This document shows positions 9,058 to 19,047 of a DNA stretch of 64,000 bases, in pieces. The position numbers and the translations under genes were made by a program. The DNA lies in contig CAJXVZ010000007.1 of NCBI GenBank assembly GCA_913062845.1, positions 4,209 to 68,208 on the forward strand. The letters run 5' to 3'. This DNA comes from an uncultured Psychroflexus sp. (GTDB lineage: Bacteria > Bacteroidota > Bacteroidia > Flavobacteriales > Flavobacteriaceae). The notes beneath the pieces were generated by a model. It was not told where the DNA came from, ran no database searches, and saw nothing but the letters and a program-made list of their open reading frames with translations. How positions within the stretch are numbered: position 1 is the stretch's first letter; each line of letters opens with the position of its first letter.

Positions 9058-12000
9058 ATGCTTCTCTTTGCATTGGTATGTAGATCAGGATATTCGCAAA
9101 CGGCCGAACAACGTGAGCAGATCATTAAAAACTATGATGTTGAAAAATTAAGAAGTCTGGCCGCAAAATCTTCTGAGCGGTATAAGAAAAATAAAGCAAA
9201 GGCTGTAGAAGTTGCTAGATCAAGAGGACTAAAGACTTCTTTTTACAATGCTGAAGGGCAATTCGTCGAACTTCAGGGTATAACTGAAGACGGCACACTT
9301 TTATTTTATAAGTCTGATAACGTTGATGCTGCAAAATCTACGCGCACCAATTATTTAAATACTGGTGGTGGACTCGGTTTAAATTTGAATGGTCAAAATA
9401 TGACGGCCTATATTTGGGACGAAGGTCATGTAAGGGCAGCACATGATGAATTTGATGATGGTATTGGCGGAAGCAGAGTTAGTCTCGGTGACGTTTCTAC
9501 AGAAGGTTTAAGTGTGTTGAATCATGCAACGCTAGTCATGGGTACAATATGTGCCGCTGGACAAGATCCATTAGCAAAAGGTATGGCTCCTCAGGCTTCT
9601 GCAGTAAGTTACAGATGGAATAATGATGTGGCCGAAGTTTTATATGAAGCATCAAAAGGTATGCTCGTTTCCAATCATTCATATAGTTTGAAAATTAAGG
9701 ATGACGATGGTATTGTTAATGTACCTGATTATTTTTTTGGCGGATACATTTATAAAGCATACGAATGGGATTTAGCTTTATATCATGCGCCTTATCTTTT
9801 AATGGTGGATTCTGCAGGTAATTTAGGTAATACTAGCCCTAATGGTACACCATTAAATTCAAGTTTTCCTCAGTACGATAAATTGAGAGGTAAAGGTGTT
9901 TCTAAAAATAACTTAGTTGTTGCAAATGCTGATGATGCTGTTATTGATCTTAATGGGGATTTAATTTCCGTAAATATAAACAGTGGGAGTAGTCAAGGTC
10001 CAACCGATGATTTGAGGATAAAGCCGGATATAGCTGGAAATGGAACAGGCGTTTATACAACGTGGGGAACAGCAGATAATGCCTATGCAACCCGCTCTGG
10101 TACTTCATTGTCAGCACCAAATGTTGCTGGGTCATTACTGCTTTTACAACAACACCATAATAACCTGTACGGCTCTTTTATGCGGGCAGCAACTTTGAAG
10201 GGGCTTGCTTTGCATACAGCAGATGATGCAGGAATATCAGGTCCGGACGCTATTTTTGGCTGGGGATTGCTCAATGCCAAAAAAGCTGCTGAAACACTTA
10301 CCGCCAAAGGCTCATCAACTATTGTGGAAGAGATTGTTCTGAATCAAGGCGAAACCTACTCAATAAATGTAGATTCTGATGGCGTGAATGATCTATTAGC
10401 CAGTATATCCTGGACTGATCCTGCAGGTGTGTGGAACACAAATCTTAACGATAGTAATACTGTATTAGTGAATGATTTAGATATTAAAATCACTCAAAAC
10501 CCCGACACTTATTACCCCTGGAGACTAACAGACGTAAACACAAATGATAATAACGCTGAAAATCTAGTTGATAATTTTGAGAGAGTTGATATCAGCGGTG
10601 CAAGCGGTACTTATACCATCAATATTACTCATAAGGGAACACTTTCAGATGGGCCACAGCAATTCAGTTTAATTGTAACGGGTCTTCAAAATGCAAATTC
10701 GTTTTGTAGTGCACCTCAAAATATAGAGGTTTCGGATATAGCAACAACCACAGCAGAAGTGTCCTGGAATCCTTCTGTAAGTTCGCCTTCAGATGGTTAT
10801 GACATCTATTACAATACAACGGGTACATTGCCAAATGCTTCAACCACACCGTCTGACTCCGTTTTAGCCGGAAATACAAGCCTTAGTTTATCAGGTCTGA
10901 CGGCAGGGACAGAGTATTATTTGTTTGTAAGAGCAGATTGTGGTTCCGGAAATACCAGCCAATGGTCTGAGGTTACAACATTTTCAACACTCTGCAATTC
11001 TGTTACTTTTCCATATTCAGAAGATTTTGATGGCAGTTCATCTGTTCCCGCATGTTGGACACAAAGCCGAATTCTTCAGTCTGAGGTAATAACCAGTAAC
11101 TGCGGAATTAATACAACTAATTATCTAAGGATTTATGGCGGATTTCATTCTTTAGAATCACCACCGGTAGATGTAAGCAGTCAGACAAACATTGAAATAA
11201 ATTTTGATATAAGAAATGGATGTCTCGAGCCTGCTGAAGCGAGCGAAAATCTCGAAGTCTACTATTGGAATGGAACCGATTGGATACTATTGGATACGCT
11301 TGACCCTGTAAACCTTTCGCAGTTTTGGGTTCATAAGTCCTACCAGCTAAGCACCGGTCTGAATACTGCCTTTAGATTACAATTTTTGAGAAAAGGTGGT
11401 TCATTGGATTTTGATGATCTTAGTGTAGATAATATTGAAATAAAGGCACAAACACCTGCGCCTGCTAATGATAATGCTTGTGATGCCATTGCGTTAGCTC
11501 TCAATCAAAGTTCAACTGGTGATGCTTATACCATTAAAGCTGCAACTGCTCAGGCAGACGAACCTGATACTAATTTGAATAATGGTGTTGATGGTTCTGT
11601 GTGGTTTAAATTCGATGCACCAAGTTCCGGAGATGTCAGAATTACTACAGACTTGGTTGGCGCCAAATCTGATGATCTCGAATTAGCAGTGTATTCTGCC
11701 ACAGATTGTACAGATTTTACAACTTTTACTCAAATTGGTTTTGATCAGGACGACGGCAGAAATGTAAATATACAACGCATGCCCGTTTTAGATTTACTTG
11801 GCTTAAATTCCGAGGAGACTTATTATATTCAAGTTGACAGACTTCCAAACACATCTTCAAGTACTTTTGGCATAGAAGTATTAGACTTATATTATACTTA
11901 CGATAGTGTAAACGACTATTCACCAATTGATCCCAACGGAAAAGATCTCACTGCCTATGAAGGCGATTTAATAGGTGGGACCTTGGAAGTCTTTAGTGGA

Positions 12001-13590
12001 ACAGCAACGATTACAAGCGCAACAGCCCTTAATGAAGTGATTGTAAATCCTGCCGGAATCCTGGATTTAAATGCCAATTTAACCTCAGACCTTATTTTTA
12101 AAAGCGATGCTAATGGTTCAGGACAATTGGCTAATGCTAGCGGCAATTCTATAACTGGGTCGGCAACAGTAGAGCGCTATATGACAGCCAACAGAGCGTA
12201 TAGATTTGTTGCCTCACCTGTCACAACGACGGGTACAATTAGAGAAAATTGGCAACAAAATGGACTAAATGATGGTGATAGCGGCTTTGAAAATAATGTA
12301 GGAACACATATTTCCGGAAATGGAGGAAGTGCTAATGGATTTGACAATACCGGTACCAACAATCCTTCTATGTTTACCTTTAATAATTCCACAGGTCTAT
12401 ACGAAGAGGTAACCAATACTAATGTGAATACATTGCAGGTCGGTCAGGCGTATGCACTTTTCGTTAGAGGTGATAGAACAATAGACTTAACTAATAATTC
12501 TGCAACGCCAAATGTTACAAGACTTAAAGCAACAGGTGCATTACATATTGGAAGTTACCCAAGTTCGCCTTTACAAATTAATACTGACACAAATGGTTTC
12601 AGCTTAATAGCTAACCCATATCAAGCTATTGTTGATTTCAATGAAATCACTTTTGCAGGTGATGTAAATGCCAACTCCTTTTATATTTTTAACCCAACAT
12701 CAACGGTTGATAACCCTTACGGTACATTCGAAAATATTGACGCCACAACTGAGTTTGCGGATGCTATGATACAACCCGGACAAAGTTTTTTTATTCAAAA
12801 TTTGAGCACCGTAACGACCAATCCAACGGTTCAGTTCACTGAGTCCTCAAAGAAAACCGACGGAAATCTTTCTACAGTGTTTTCTGATGAGGATATTATG
12901 ATTGCAAATTTAAATCTGTACAACAACCAGAATGAGCGTGTAGATGTCGTAAAGTTCAGATTTCAAAACGGTGCTGATAACGGCATAGATGAATTTGATT
13001 CATTTAAATATACAAATCAGGTGCTTAATTTTGCCTCTGTAAATAATAATACCTTATTATCAATAGAAAGAAGAGATGTTCCTCAGTCCACTGATACTAT
13101 TCCTCTTTTTATAGAAAATTACCAAAGTAATCAATATGAATTAAGAATAGAGACCCTAAACTGGACTAACGCTTCAGATCTTTATATTGTAGATAATTAT
13201 TTAGATACAGTAAACCTTATAGCAGATACTCAGCCTTATGTGTTTCAGGTAGACTTTTCTGTTCCGCAAAGTATTGAAGAAGATAGGTTTGAGATCTTGT
13301 TTGAAAACACTACCCTGAATGCTTCAGCTCAAAATTTATCAAATGCAATCAAAATTTATCCTAACCCATCATCAGACGGTTTATTCAGGATAAGTTTATC
13401 AGGCATCAATATAGATGAGCCCGTGCTTTCTGTTTATAATGTTTTAGGTCAGGAAGTTGAATATCAGAAATTTGAATTTAGAAAAGATGATCTTTATTAT
13501 TTAAATACCTCATACCTTTCTAATGGTGTTTACTTCATTAAGCTAAGCAGTAATGGTAAGGACTTCTTTGGTAAATTCATCATAGAATAG
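9058..13590 (+). CDS. Large multidomain S8 (subtilisin-family) serine peptidase, T9SS cargo
   Basis: Subtilase triad motifs AYIWDEG, NHATLVMGT and GTSLSAPNVAG, plus an FN3-like module (APQNIEVSDIATTTAEVSWNP). The C-terminal about 80 aa resemble a T9SS type-A sorting domain (KIYPNPSSDGLF...GVYFIKL). The track ORF starts at 9016. The 9058 start gives signal peptide MLLFALVCRSGYSQ. Confidence 0.85.
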   Translation: MLLFALVCRSGYSQTAEQREQIIKNYDVEKLRSLAAKSSERYKKNKAKAVEVARSRGLKTSFYNAEGQFVELQGITEDGTLLFYKSDNVDAAKSTRTNYLNTGGGLGLNLNGQNMTAYIWDEGHVRAAHDEFDDGIGGSRVSLGDVSTEGLSVLNHATLVMGTICAAGQDPLAKGMAPQASAVSYRWNNDVAEVLYEASKGMLVSNHSYSLKIKDDDGIVNVPDYFFGGYIYKAYEWDLALYHAPYLLMVDSAGNLGNTSPNGTPLNSSFPQYDKLRGKGVSKNNLVVANADDAVIDLNGDLISVNINSGSSQGPTDDLRIKPDIAGNGTGVYTTWGTADNAYATRSGTSLSAPNVAGSLLLLQQHHNNLYGSFMRAATLKGLALHTADDAGISGPDAIFGWGLLNAKKAAETLTAKGSSTIVEEIVLNQGETYSINVDSDGVNDLLASISWTDPAGVWNTNLNDSNTVLVNDLDIKITQNPDTYYPWRLTDVNTNDNNAENLVDNFERVDISGASGTYTINITHKGTLSDGPQQFSLIVTGLQNANSFCSAPQNIEVSDIATTTAEVSWNPSVSSPSDGYDIYYNTTGTLPNASTTPSDSVLAGNTSLSLSGLTAGTEYYLFVRADCGSGNTSQWSEVTTFSTLCNSVTFPYSEDFDGSSSVPACWTQSRILQSEVITSNCGINTTNYLRIYGGFHSLESPPVDVSSQTNIEINFDIRNGCLEPAEASENLEVYYWNGTDWILLDTLDPVNLSQFWVHKSYQLSTGLNTAFRLQFLRKGGSLDFDDLSVDNIEIKAQTPAPANDNACDAIALALNQSSTGDAYTIKAATAQADEPDTNLNNGVDGSVWFKFDAPSSGDVRITTDLVGAKSDDLELAVYSATDCTDFTTFTQIGFDQDDGRNVNIQRMPVLDLLGLNSEETYYIQVDRLPNTSSSTFGIEVLDLYYTYDSVNDYSPIDPNGKDLTAYEGDLIGGTLEVFSGTATITSATALNEVIVNPAGILDLNANLTSDLIFKSDANGSGQLANASGNSITGSATVERYMTANRAYRFVASPVTTTGTIRENWQQNGLNDGDSGFENNVGTHISGNGGSANGFDNTGTNNPSMFTFNNSTGLYEEVTNTNVNTLQVGQAYALFVRGDRTIDLTNNSATPNVTRLKATGALHIGSYPSSPLQINTDTNGFSLIANPYQAIVDFNEITFAGDVNANSFYIFNPTSTVDNPYGTFENIDATTEFADAMIQPGQSFFIQNLSTVTTNPTVQFTESSKKTDGNLSTVFSDEDIMIANLNLYNNQNERVDVVKFRFQNGADNGIDEFDSFKYTNQVLNFASVNNNTLLSIERRDVPQSTDTIPLFIENYQSNQYELRIETLNWTNASDLYIVDNYLDTVNLIADTQPYVFQVDFSVPQSIEEDRFEILFENTTLNASAQNLSNAIKIYPNPSSDGLFRISLSGINIDEPVLSVYNVLGQEVEYQKFEFRKDDLYYLNTSYLSNGVYFIKLSSNGKDFFGKFIIE

Positions 13591-13715
13591 TTTCAATTCA
13601 ATTTGGCGCTCTTATAATTTCAAAAAAGACACAAGGTCTATCAGATTTGTTATGATAATTACTTCGTTGGATCTACAAGAAAAAGTAGATAGTTATAAAA
13701 ATAAGTTTAATTGGT

Positions 13716-14366
13716 ATGTTTAAAAGATTTAAGTTGTTTTTCGTTATTTTCTTAATAACAATAAGTTGTCAGGATAAATCTGAAGACAATCAGAAATATT
13801 ATGGCAAGATTGAAAATGGTATTTATTATAATGATTTTTTTGAATTTTCAGTAGAATTACAAGACGATATGACAGTAATTCATGGACTTGAATTAAAGGA
13901 GCTTTTGAATATTAATGCTCAAGAAAATATAGAAGATTACAAAAAATTAGAAAAAGAACTTAAACGTAATGAACAGAAAGTCAAGGAGTTAATTGCTTTA
14001 TATAAAAATCCATTTGATAGTTACGGGTTTAATCCTAATGTCATTATTATAGCTGAAAATATTAAAGAATTCGACTCAAATATAAAAAATGGACGAGACT
14101 TTTTGGGATATTCAAGATTTGCAATGGAAAACATTAATCCAAATTTAGAAACTCTGGTTGGGTTTGATAAAAGAAAAATAGGTGGAAGACAATTTTGGGA
14201 ATTAAATGCATTCCTCCAAACCGAGTTTGGAGAAATTCAACAATCCTATTATGCTACAATCATTAAAGATTATAGCCTTTTAATAATTGTAAGTTATTTA
14301 GAATCTACTGATAAGTTATTACTCGAAAAAGCAATAGATAAATTAAAGTTTAGAGAATTAAAGTAG
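13716..14366 (+). CDS. Hypothetical lipoprotein
   Basis: 216-aa ORF with a lipobox-like LITISC. No recognisable catalytic motif. AT-rich. Confidence 0.55.
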   Translation: MFKRFKLFFVIFLITISCQDKSEDNQKYYGKIENGIYYNDFFEFSVELQDDMTVIHGLELKELLNINAQENIEDYKKLEKELKRNEQKVKELIALYKNPFDSYGFNPNVIIIAENIKEFDSNIKNGRDFLGYSRFAMENINPNLETLVGFDKRKIGGRQFWELNAFLQTEFGEIQQSYYATIIKDYSLLIIVSYLESTDKLLLEKAIDKLKFRELK

Positions 14367-14430
14367 ATATTAGATTCACAATAATTTTCTGTAAATCAAT
14401 ATTTAATATAGTAGTCCGGATTTAATAGTC

Positions 14431-14438
14431 TATCTTTG
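14431..14438 (+). promoter_or_regulatory. Candidate -7 box (TATCTTTG) for the DEAD-box helicase gene
   Basis: TAnnTTTG 17 nt upstream of the ATG at 14455. Confidence 0.35.
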
Positions 14439-14454
14439 CACCCATTTTATTTTT

Positions 14455-16167
14455 ATGACAAAATTTTCTCAATTAGGCTTACAGGAAAATCTTCTACAAG
14501 CCATCACCGACCTCGGGTTCGAAACACCAAGTGAAGTTCAGCAACAATGTATTCCGATTCTACTGCAGCAGCAGACAGATATAGTGGCATTAGCCCAGAC
14601 AGGAACGGGCAAAACAGCGGCTTTCGGTTTCCCAATGCTTCAGTTAACGGATGAAAACAACAAAGTTACTCAAGGGCTCATACTATCGCCAACACGTGAA
14701 CTATGTCTTCAGATTACTAATGAACTTAAATTATATTCAAAATATAAAGATAAGATCAATATCGTCGCCATATACGGTGGTGCCAGCTTGACAGATCAGG
14801 CTTCCAAAATCAACAGAGGTGCTCAGATTATCGTGGCAACTCCCGGAAGGATGAAGGATATGATCAAAAGGAATATCATAGACATTTCAAAAATTCAATA
14901 TTGTGTGCTCGATGAAGCTGACGAAATGTTGAATATGGGCTTTTATGAAGATATTACTGAAATATTATCGCATAGCCCGAAGACCAAGAACACCTGGTTA
15001 TTTAGTGCAACCATGCCTAAAGAGGTTAGCGTTATCGCTAAAAAATTCATGAAGAAACCAGTTGAAATCACTGTAGGTCAGCGTAACGTTTCCACAAAAA
15101 ATGTGAGCCATTCTTATTTTGTGGTTGGTGCCAGAGACCGCTACAATGCTTTGAAAAGACTGGTCGACGCGCATCCTGATGTTTATGCCGTTATATTTTG
15201 CAGAACTAAACGGGACACACAAAGGGTGGCAGAAAAACTTATTGAAGATGGCTATAATGCAGCAGCACTTCATGGAGATCTGAGTCAAAACCAACGTGAT
15301 ATGGTCATGAAAAGCTTTAGAAATAAGCAGGTCCAGATGCTGGTTGCTACTGATGTGGCTGCGCGTGGGATTGATGTAGACGATATCACCCATGTGATTA
15401 ACTATCAATTACCTGATGAAACAGAAGTATATACGCATAGAAGCGGAAGAACCGGTCGCGCAGGTAAGACCGGACAATCCTATGTTATCATCACCAAAAG
15501 TGAACGCCGGAAAATAAGTGCTATTGAACGTATTATCGGTCAAAAGTTCAAAGAAGAAAAACTGCCTACTTCAGAAGAAATCTGTGAAAGTCAAATGTTC
15601 CATCTTGCTGAGAGCATCAAAAACACACAAGTCAATCATGATATTGACACCATTTTGCCTAAAATACACGAATCACTGGCTGATTTGGACAAAGAGGAAC
15701 TGATCAAAAAATTCTTCAGCGTGGAATTTTCCAGATTTTACAATTATTATAAAAATGCACCCAGCGTTGAACAAATGGAAAGTACTGCAAGCCGGGACCG
15801 CTCTAAAGGCAGTAAATCCTTTGGCAATGAAACCCGTTTTTTCATTAATCTTGGTGAAAAAGACGGCTTCAACTGGATGGCGCTAAAGGACTACCTCAAG
15901 GCCGAATTAAACCTAACCAGTGAAAACGTTGGAAAAGTGGATGTTATGAAGACATTTGGATTTTTCAATACACCAAAAGAACTGGAAGATAAAGTAATTT
16001 CAACCTTTAAGAATAAAGTTTACAACGGAAGAGAGGTAAGCGTTGAAATCACAAAAGACAACAAAAAATCCGGTAATAAGAGTTCAAAACGAAGAGATAA
16101 AAAGTCACATAGAAAAGGAAGAAGTGATAGTCGAAAAAAGTCTTTTGAGAGAAGACGTAAACGTTAA
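14455..16167 (+). CDS. DEAD-box ATP-dependent RNA helicase with DbpA-like C-terminal RNA-binding domain and Arg/Lys-rich tail
   Basis: Motifs AQTGTGKT, DEAD, SAT and HRSGRTGRAG, with a basic tail KKSGNKSSKRRDKKSHRKGR. Confidence 0.9.
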   Translation: MTKFSQLGLQENLLQAITDLGFETPSEVQQQCIPILLQQQTDIVALAQTGTGKTAAFGFPMLQLTDENNKVTQGLILSPTRELCLQITNELKLYSKYKDKINIVAIYGGASLTDQASKINRGAQIIVATPGRMKDMIKRNIIDISKIQYCVLDEADEMLNMGFYEDITEILSHSPKTKNTWLFSATMPKEVSVIAKKFMKKPVEITVGQRNVSTKNVSHSYFVVGARDRYNALKRLVDAHPDVYAVIFCRTKRDTQRVAEKLIEDGYNAAALHGDLSQNQRDMVMKSFRNKQVQMLVATDVAARGIDVDDITHVINYQLPDETEVYTHRSGRTGRAGKTGQSYVIITKSERRKISAIERIIGQKFKEEKLPTSEEICESQMFHLAESIKNTQVNHDIDTILPKIHESLADLDKEELIKKFFSVEFSRFYNYYKNAPSVEQMESTASRDRSKGSKSFGNETRFFINLGEKDGFNWMALKDYLKAELNLTSENVGKVDVMKTFGFFNTPKELEDKVISTFKNKVYNGREVSVEITKDNKKSGNKSSKRRDKKSHRKGRSDSRKKSFERRRKR

Positions 16168-16237
16168 TGTGTTATTTTTGTCTTAAGTCTAATTTTCAAA
16201 TTATAGTTTTCTTAGATTTTAGTTATTTTTAGACCAA

Positions 16238-17014
16238 ATGAAAAATGTTGTATTCATAGTATTAGTTCTGGTCAATTTCTTTGTTAGTGCACAGGACAAC
16301 GATAGTCAAAAGGAAGTCTTCACCATTGAGGGGCAGATCATGAATGCAGCAAATGATAAGCCTATTTTTAATGCTAATATCATAAATATAAATACCGTTA
16401 AAGGTACAATTTCCGACAGGGAAGGCCGATTTAAGATTAAGACTTCGATAGATGACACACTTTATTTTTCCTTTGTAGGCTTTAAGTCTATGCAGGTTAG
16501 AGTGAATGAGGACTGGGTTAAGTTTGGAGAGGTAAAGGTAAAAATGACAGAAGTGGCTATTGCGCTGGAGGAAGTAACCGTTTCAGATATAAAACTAACA
16601 GGCTATCTGGAAATAGATGCTAAGAATATTCCGGTTTATGATAATTTCAGATACCAGATTTCTGGTCTGGATTATGGTTATGAAGGTGGTGCCTATCAAA
16701 AAAGCTCATTTTCCAGAACACTTGATGCTATTTTCAATCCAACTGACCTATTATATAAGGTTTTTGGGAACAAGCCACAACAAATGAAGAAGATCAGGCA
16801 GATGAAAGAAGATAAATCAATAAGAGATTTGCTTGTCGATAAGTATAACAGAGAGACACTATCAGCTGTCCTTCAAATATCCATTAATGAAATTGAGGAG
16901 ATATTAAAACGCTGCAACTATTCAAAAGATTATATTCAGGAGGCAAACGACCTTCAGTTACTGGATGCTATCAGTAATTGTTACGAAAACTACAAGGCGG
17001 TAAACCCAAATTAA
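16238..17014 (+). CDS. Secreted CarboxypepD_reg-like domain protein
   Basis: 258-aa ORF with a signal peptide. The N-terminal beta-sandwich-like segment (FTIEGQIMNA...PIFNANIININTVKGTISDREGRFKIK) is typical of carboxypeptidase-regulatory-like domains. Confidence 0.55.
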   Translation: MKNVVFIVLVLVNFFVSAQDNDSQKEVFTIEGQIMNAANDKPIFNANIININTVKGTISDREGRFKIKTSIDDTLYFSFVGFKSMQVRVNEDWVKFGEVKVKMTEVAIALEEVTVSDIKLTGYLEIDAKNIPVYDNFRYQISGLDYGYEGGAYQKSSFSRTLDAIFNPTDLLYKVFGNKPQQMKKIRQMKEDKSIRDLLVDKYNRETLSAVLQISINEIEEILKRCNYSKDYIQEANDLQLLDAISNCYENYKAVNPN

Positions 17015-17703
17015 TGTCTGAAAAAAGAAAAATAGTATTTCTTTCCGGAGCTGGAGTGAGTGCTGAAAGTGGTTTGAAAACATTCAGGGACGAAAATGGT
17101 TTATGGGAAGGACACGACGTGATGGAGGTGGCCACGCCTGAAGCCTGGAGAAAAAATCCTGAATTGGTATTGGAATTTTACAATCAAAGGCGAAGACAAT
17201 TAAAAGACGTAGAACCCAATATTGCCCATAAGATTATTGCAGAATTGGAAACCAGTTTTGAAGTCCATGTAATCACCCAAAATGTTGATGATTTACACGA
17301 GAGAGCAGGAAGCACAAATGTCTTACATCTGCATGGTGAATTGTTTAAAGTCCGACCCGAAGACGATCTTGATGGTGTGATTGAATGGTATGATGATTTA
17401 AACCTTGGTCATACCACCAAAGACGGCGTTCAATTAAGGCCTCACGTTGTTTGGTTTGGAGAAGGTGTCCCTAATATGGCACAGGCAATAGATATTGTTG
17501 CAAATGCAGACATTGTAGTGGTTATAGGAACGTCTTTACAGGTTTATCCTGCAGCTGGTTTAATGAACTATGCCAAAGCCGACAGCCCTATATATCTTAT
17601 AGATCCTAAGCCTGGTCTTTCAGAATCCGGAAATCTTTATATTTTTGCCGAACTCGCAACCATCGGTATGCATAAACTCAAATCTGTTTTACTAGAAAAT
17701 TAA
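17014..17703 (+). CDS. cobB: Sir2-family NAD-dependent protein deacylase (cysteine-free variant)
   Basis: Motifs GAGVSAESG and QNVDDLHERAG. The start was moved to the ATG at 17014, which overlaps the upstream stop (TAATG). There is no Cys in the whole protein. Confidence 0.8.
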   Translation: MSEKRKIVFLSGAGVSAESGLKTFRDENGLWEGHDVMEVATPEAWRKNPELVLEFYNQRRRQLKDVEPNIAHKIIAELETSFEVHVITQNVDDLHERAGSTNVLHLHGELFKVRPEDDLDGVIEWYDDLNLGHTTKDGVQLRPHVVWFGEGVPNMAQAIDIVANADIVVVIGTSLQVYPAAGLMNYAKADSPIYLIDPKPGLSESGNLYIFAELATIGMHKLKSVLLEN

Positions 17704-17709
17704 ATGTAA

Positions 17710-19047
17710 ATGAATCCTCTTACATCAATTTCCCCGATAGACGGTCGTTACCAATCAAAAACTTCAGAACTTAATGCTTTTTTTAGTGAATATGCCTTGA
17801 TAAAATACCGGGTTCAGGTTGAGGTGGAGTATTTTATAGCTTTAAGTGATTTAGGTTTAGAGCAGTTACCAAAACTTTCAATCGAAAAAATCGATGCCCT
17901 GAGAGCTGTTTATACTTCTTTTACTTTAGAAAATGCCAAAGCCATTAAGGATATTGAAAAAATAACCAATCACGATGTAAAAGCGGTAGAATACTTTTTA
18001 AGAGAGGAATTTAAAAAATTGGATCTGGATGATTTTATCGAATTCATTCATTTTGGCTTAACCTCACAGGATATCAATAATACAAGTGTGCCTCTATCCC
18101 TGAAAGAATGTGTAAATAAAGTCTATTTGCCGTTGTTGAGCGAACTGACAGAGAAAATTCAAAGCTTAAGTCAGGAATGGCAGTTGGTATCTATGCTGGC
18201 TAAAACACATGGTCAGCCGGCCTCTCCGACACGTCTTGGAAAAGAACTTGAAGTATTTGTTGTCAGGTTAAATACACAGCTTGAACAATTAAAAGCAATA
18301 CCATTTTCATCAAAGTTTGGCGGCGCTACAGGTAATTTTAATGCGCATCATCTGGCTTTTCCTGAAACGGACTGGAAAGCTTTTGGAAAACATTTCACTG
18401 AAGAGATTCTGGGATTACATTATTCTTTTCCAACCACACAAATTGAACACTATGATAACTTAGCTGCTCTTTTTGACGCCATGAAAAGGATCAATACCAT
18501 AATTATCGATTTGGACCGTGACATTTGGTCTTATATCTCAATGAATTACTTTAAGCAAAAGATAAAAAAAGGCGAGGTAGGTTCTTCGGCTATGCCACAT
18601 AAGGTCAATCCTATCGATTTTGAAAATTCTGAAGGCAATCTGGGATTGGCTAATGCCATCTTTGAGCATCTAGCAGCAAAACTTCCGATAAGCCGTTTAC
18701 AAAGAGATCTCACGGACAGTACTGTTTTAAGAAATATAGGTGTTCCTTTCGGGCATACGCTTATCGCCTTTAAATCTACATTAAAGGGGCTCAATAAATT
18801 GTTATTGAATCAGGATGTCATAAAGCAGGACCTGGAAGATAACTGGGCTGTAGTTGCTGAAGCTATTCAGACGATCTTAAGAAGGGAGAATTATCCACAT
18901 CCCTATGAAGCTTTAAAGGCCTTAACACGTACCAACCAGAAAATAAATCAAAACCTGATCGGTGATTTTATAGATACACTTGAAGTTACCGATAAGGTAA
19001 AGGCAGAGTTAAAACGCATTACGCCATTCAATTATACAGGGATTTAA
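17710..19047 (+). CDS. purB: Adenylosuccinate lyase
   Basis: 445-aa ORF with fumarate-lyase signature GSSAMPHKVNP. Confidence 0.93.
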   Translation: MNPLTSISPIDGRYQSKTSELNAFFSEYALIKYRVQVEVEYFIALSDLGLEQLPKLSIEKIDALRAVYTSFTLENAKAIKDIEKITNHDVKAVEYFLREEFKKLDLDDFIEFIHFGLTSQDINNTSVPLSLKECVNKVYLPLLSELTEKIQSLSQEWQLVSMLAKTHGQPASPTRLGKELEVFVVRLNTQLEQLKAIPFSSKFGGATGNFNAHHLAFPETDWKAFGKHFTEEILGLHYSFPTTQIEHYDNLAALFDAMKRINTIIIDLDRDIWSYISMNYFKQKIKKGEVGSSAMPHKVNPIDFENSEGNLGLANAIFEHLAAKLPISRLQRDLTDSTVLRNIGVPFGHTLIAFKSTLKGLNKLLLNQDVIKQDLEDNWAVVAEAIQTILRRENYPHPYEALKALTRTNQKINQNLIGDFIDTLEVTDKVKAELKRITPFNYTGI

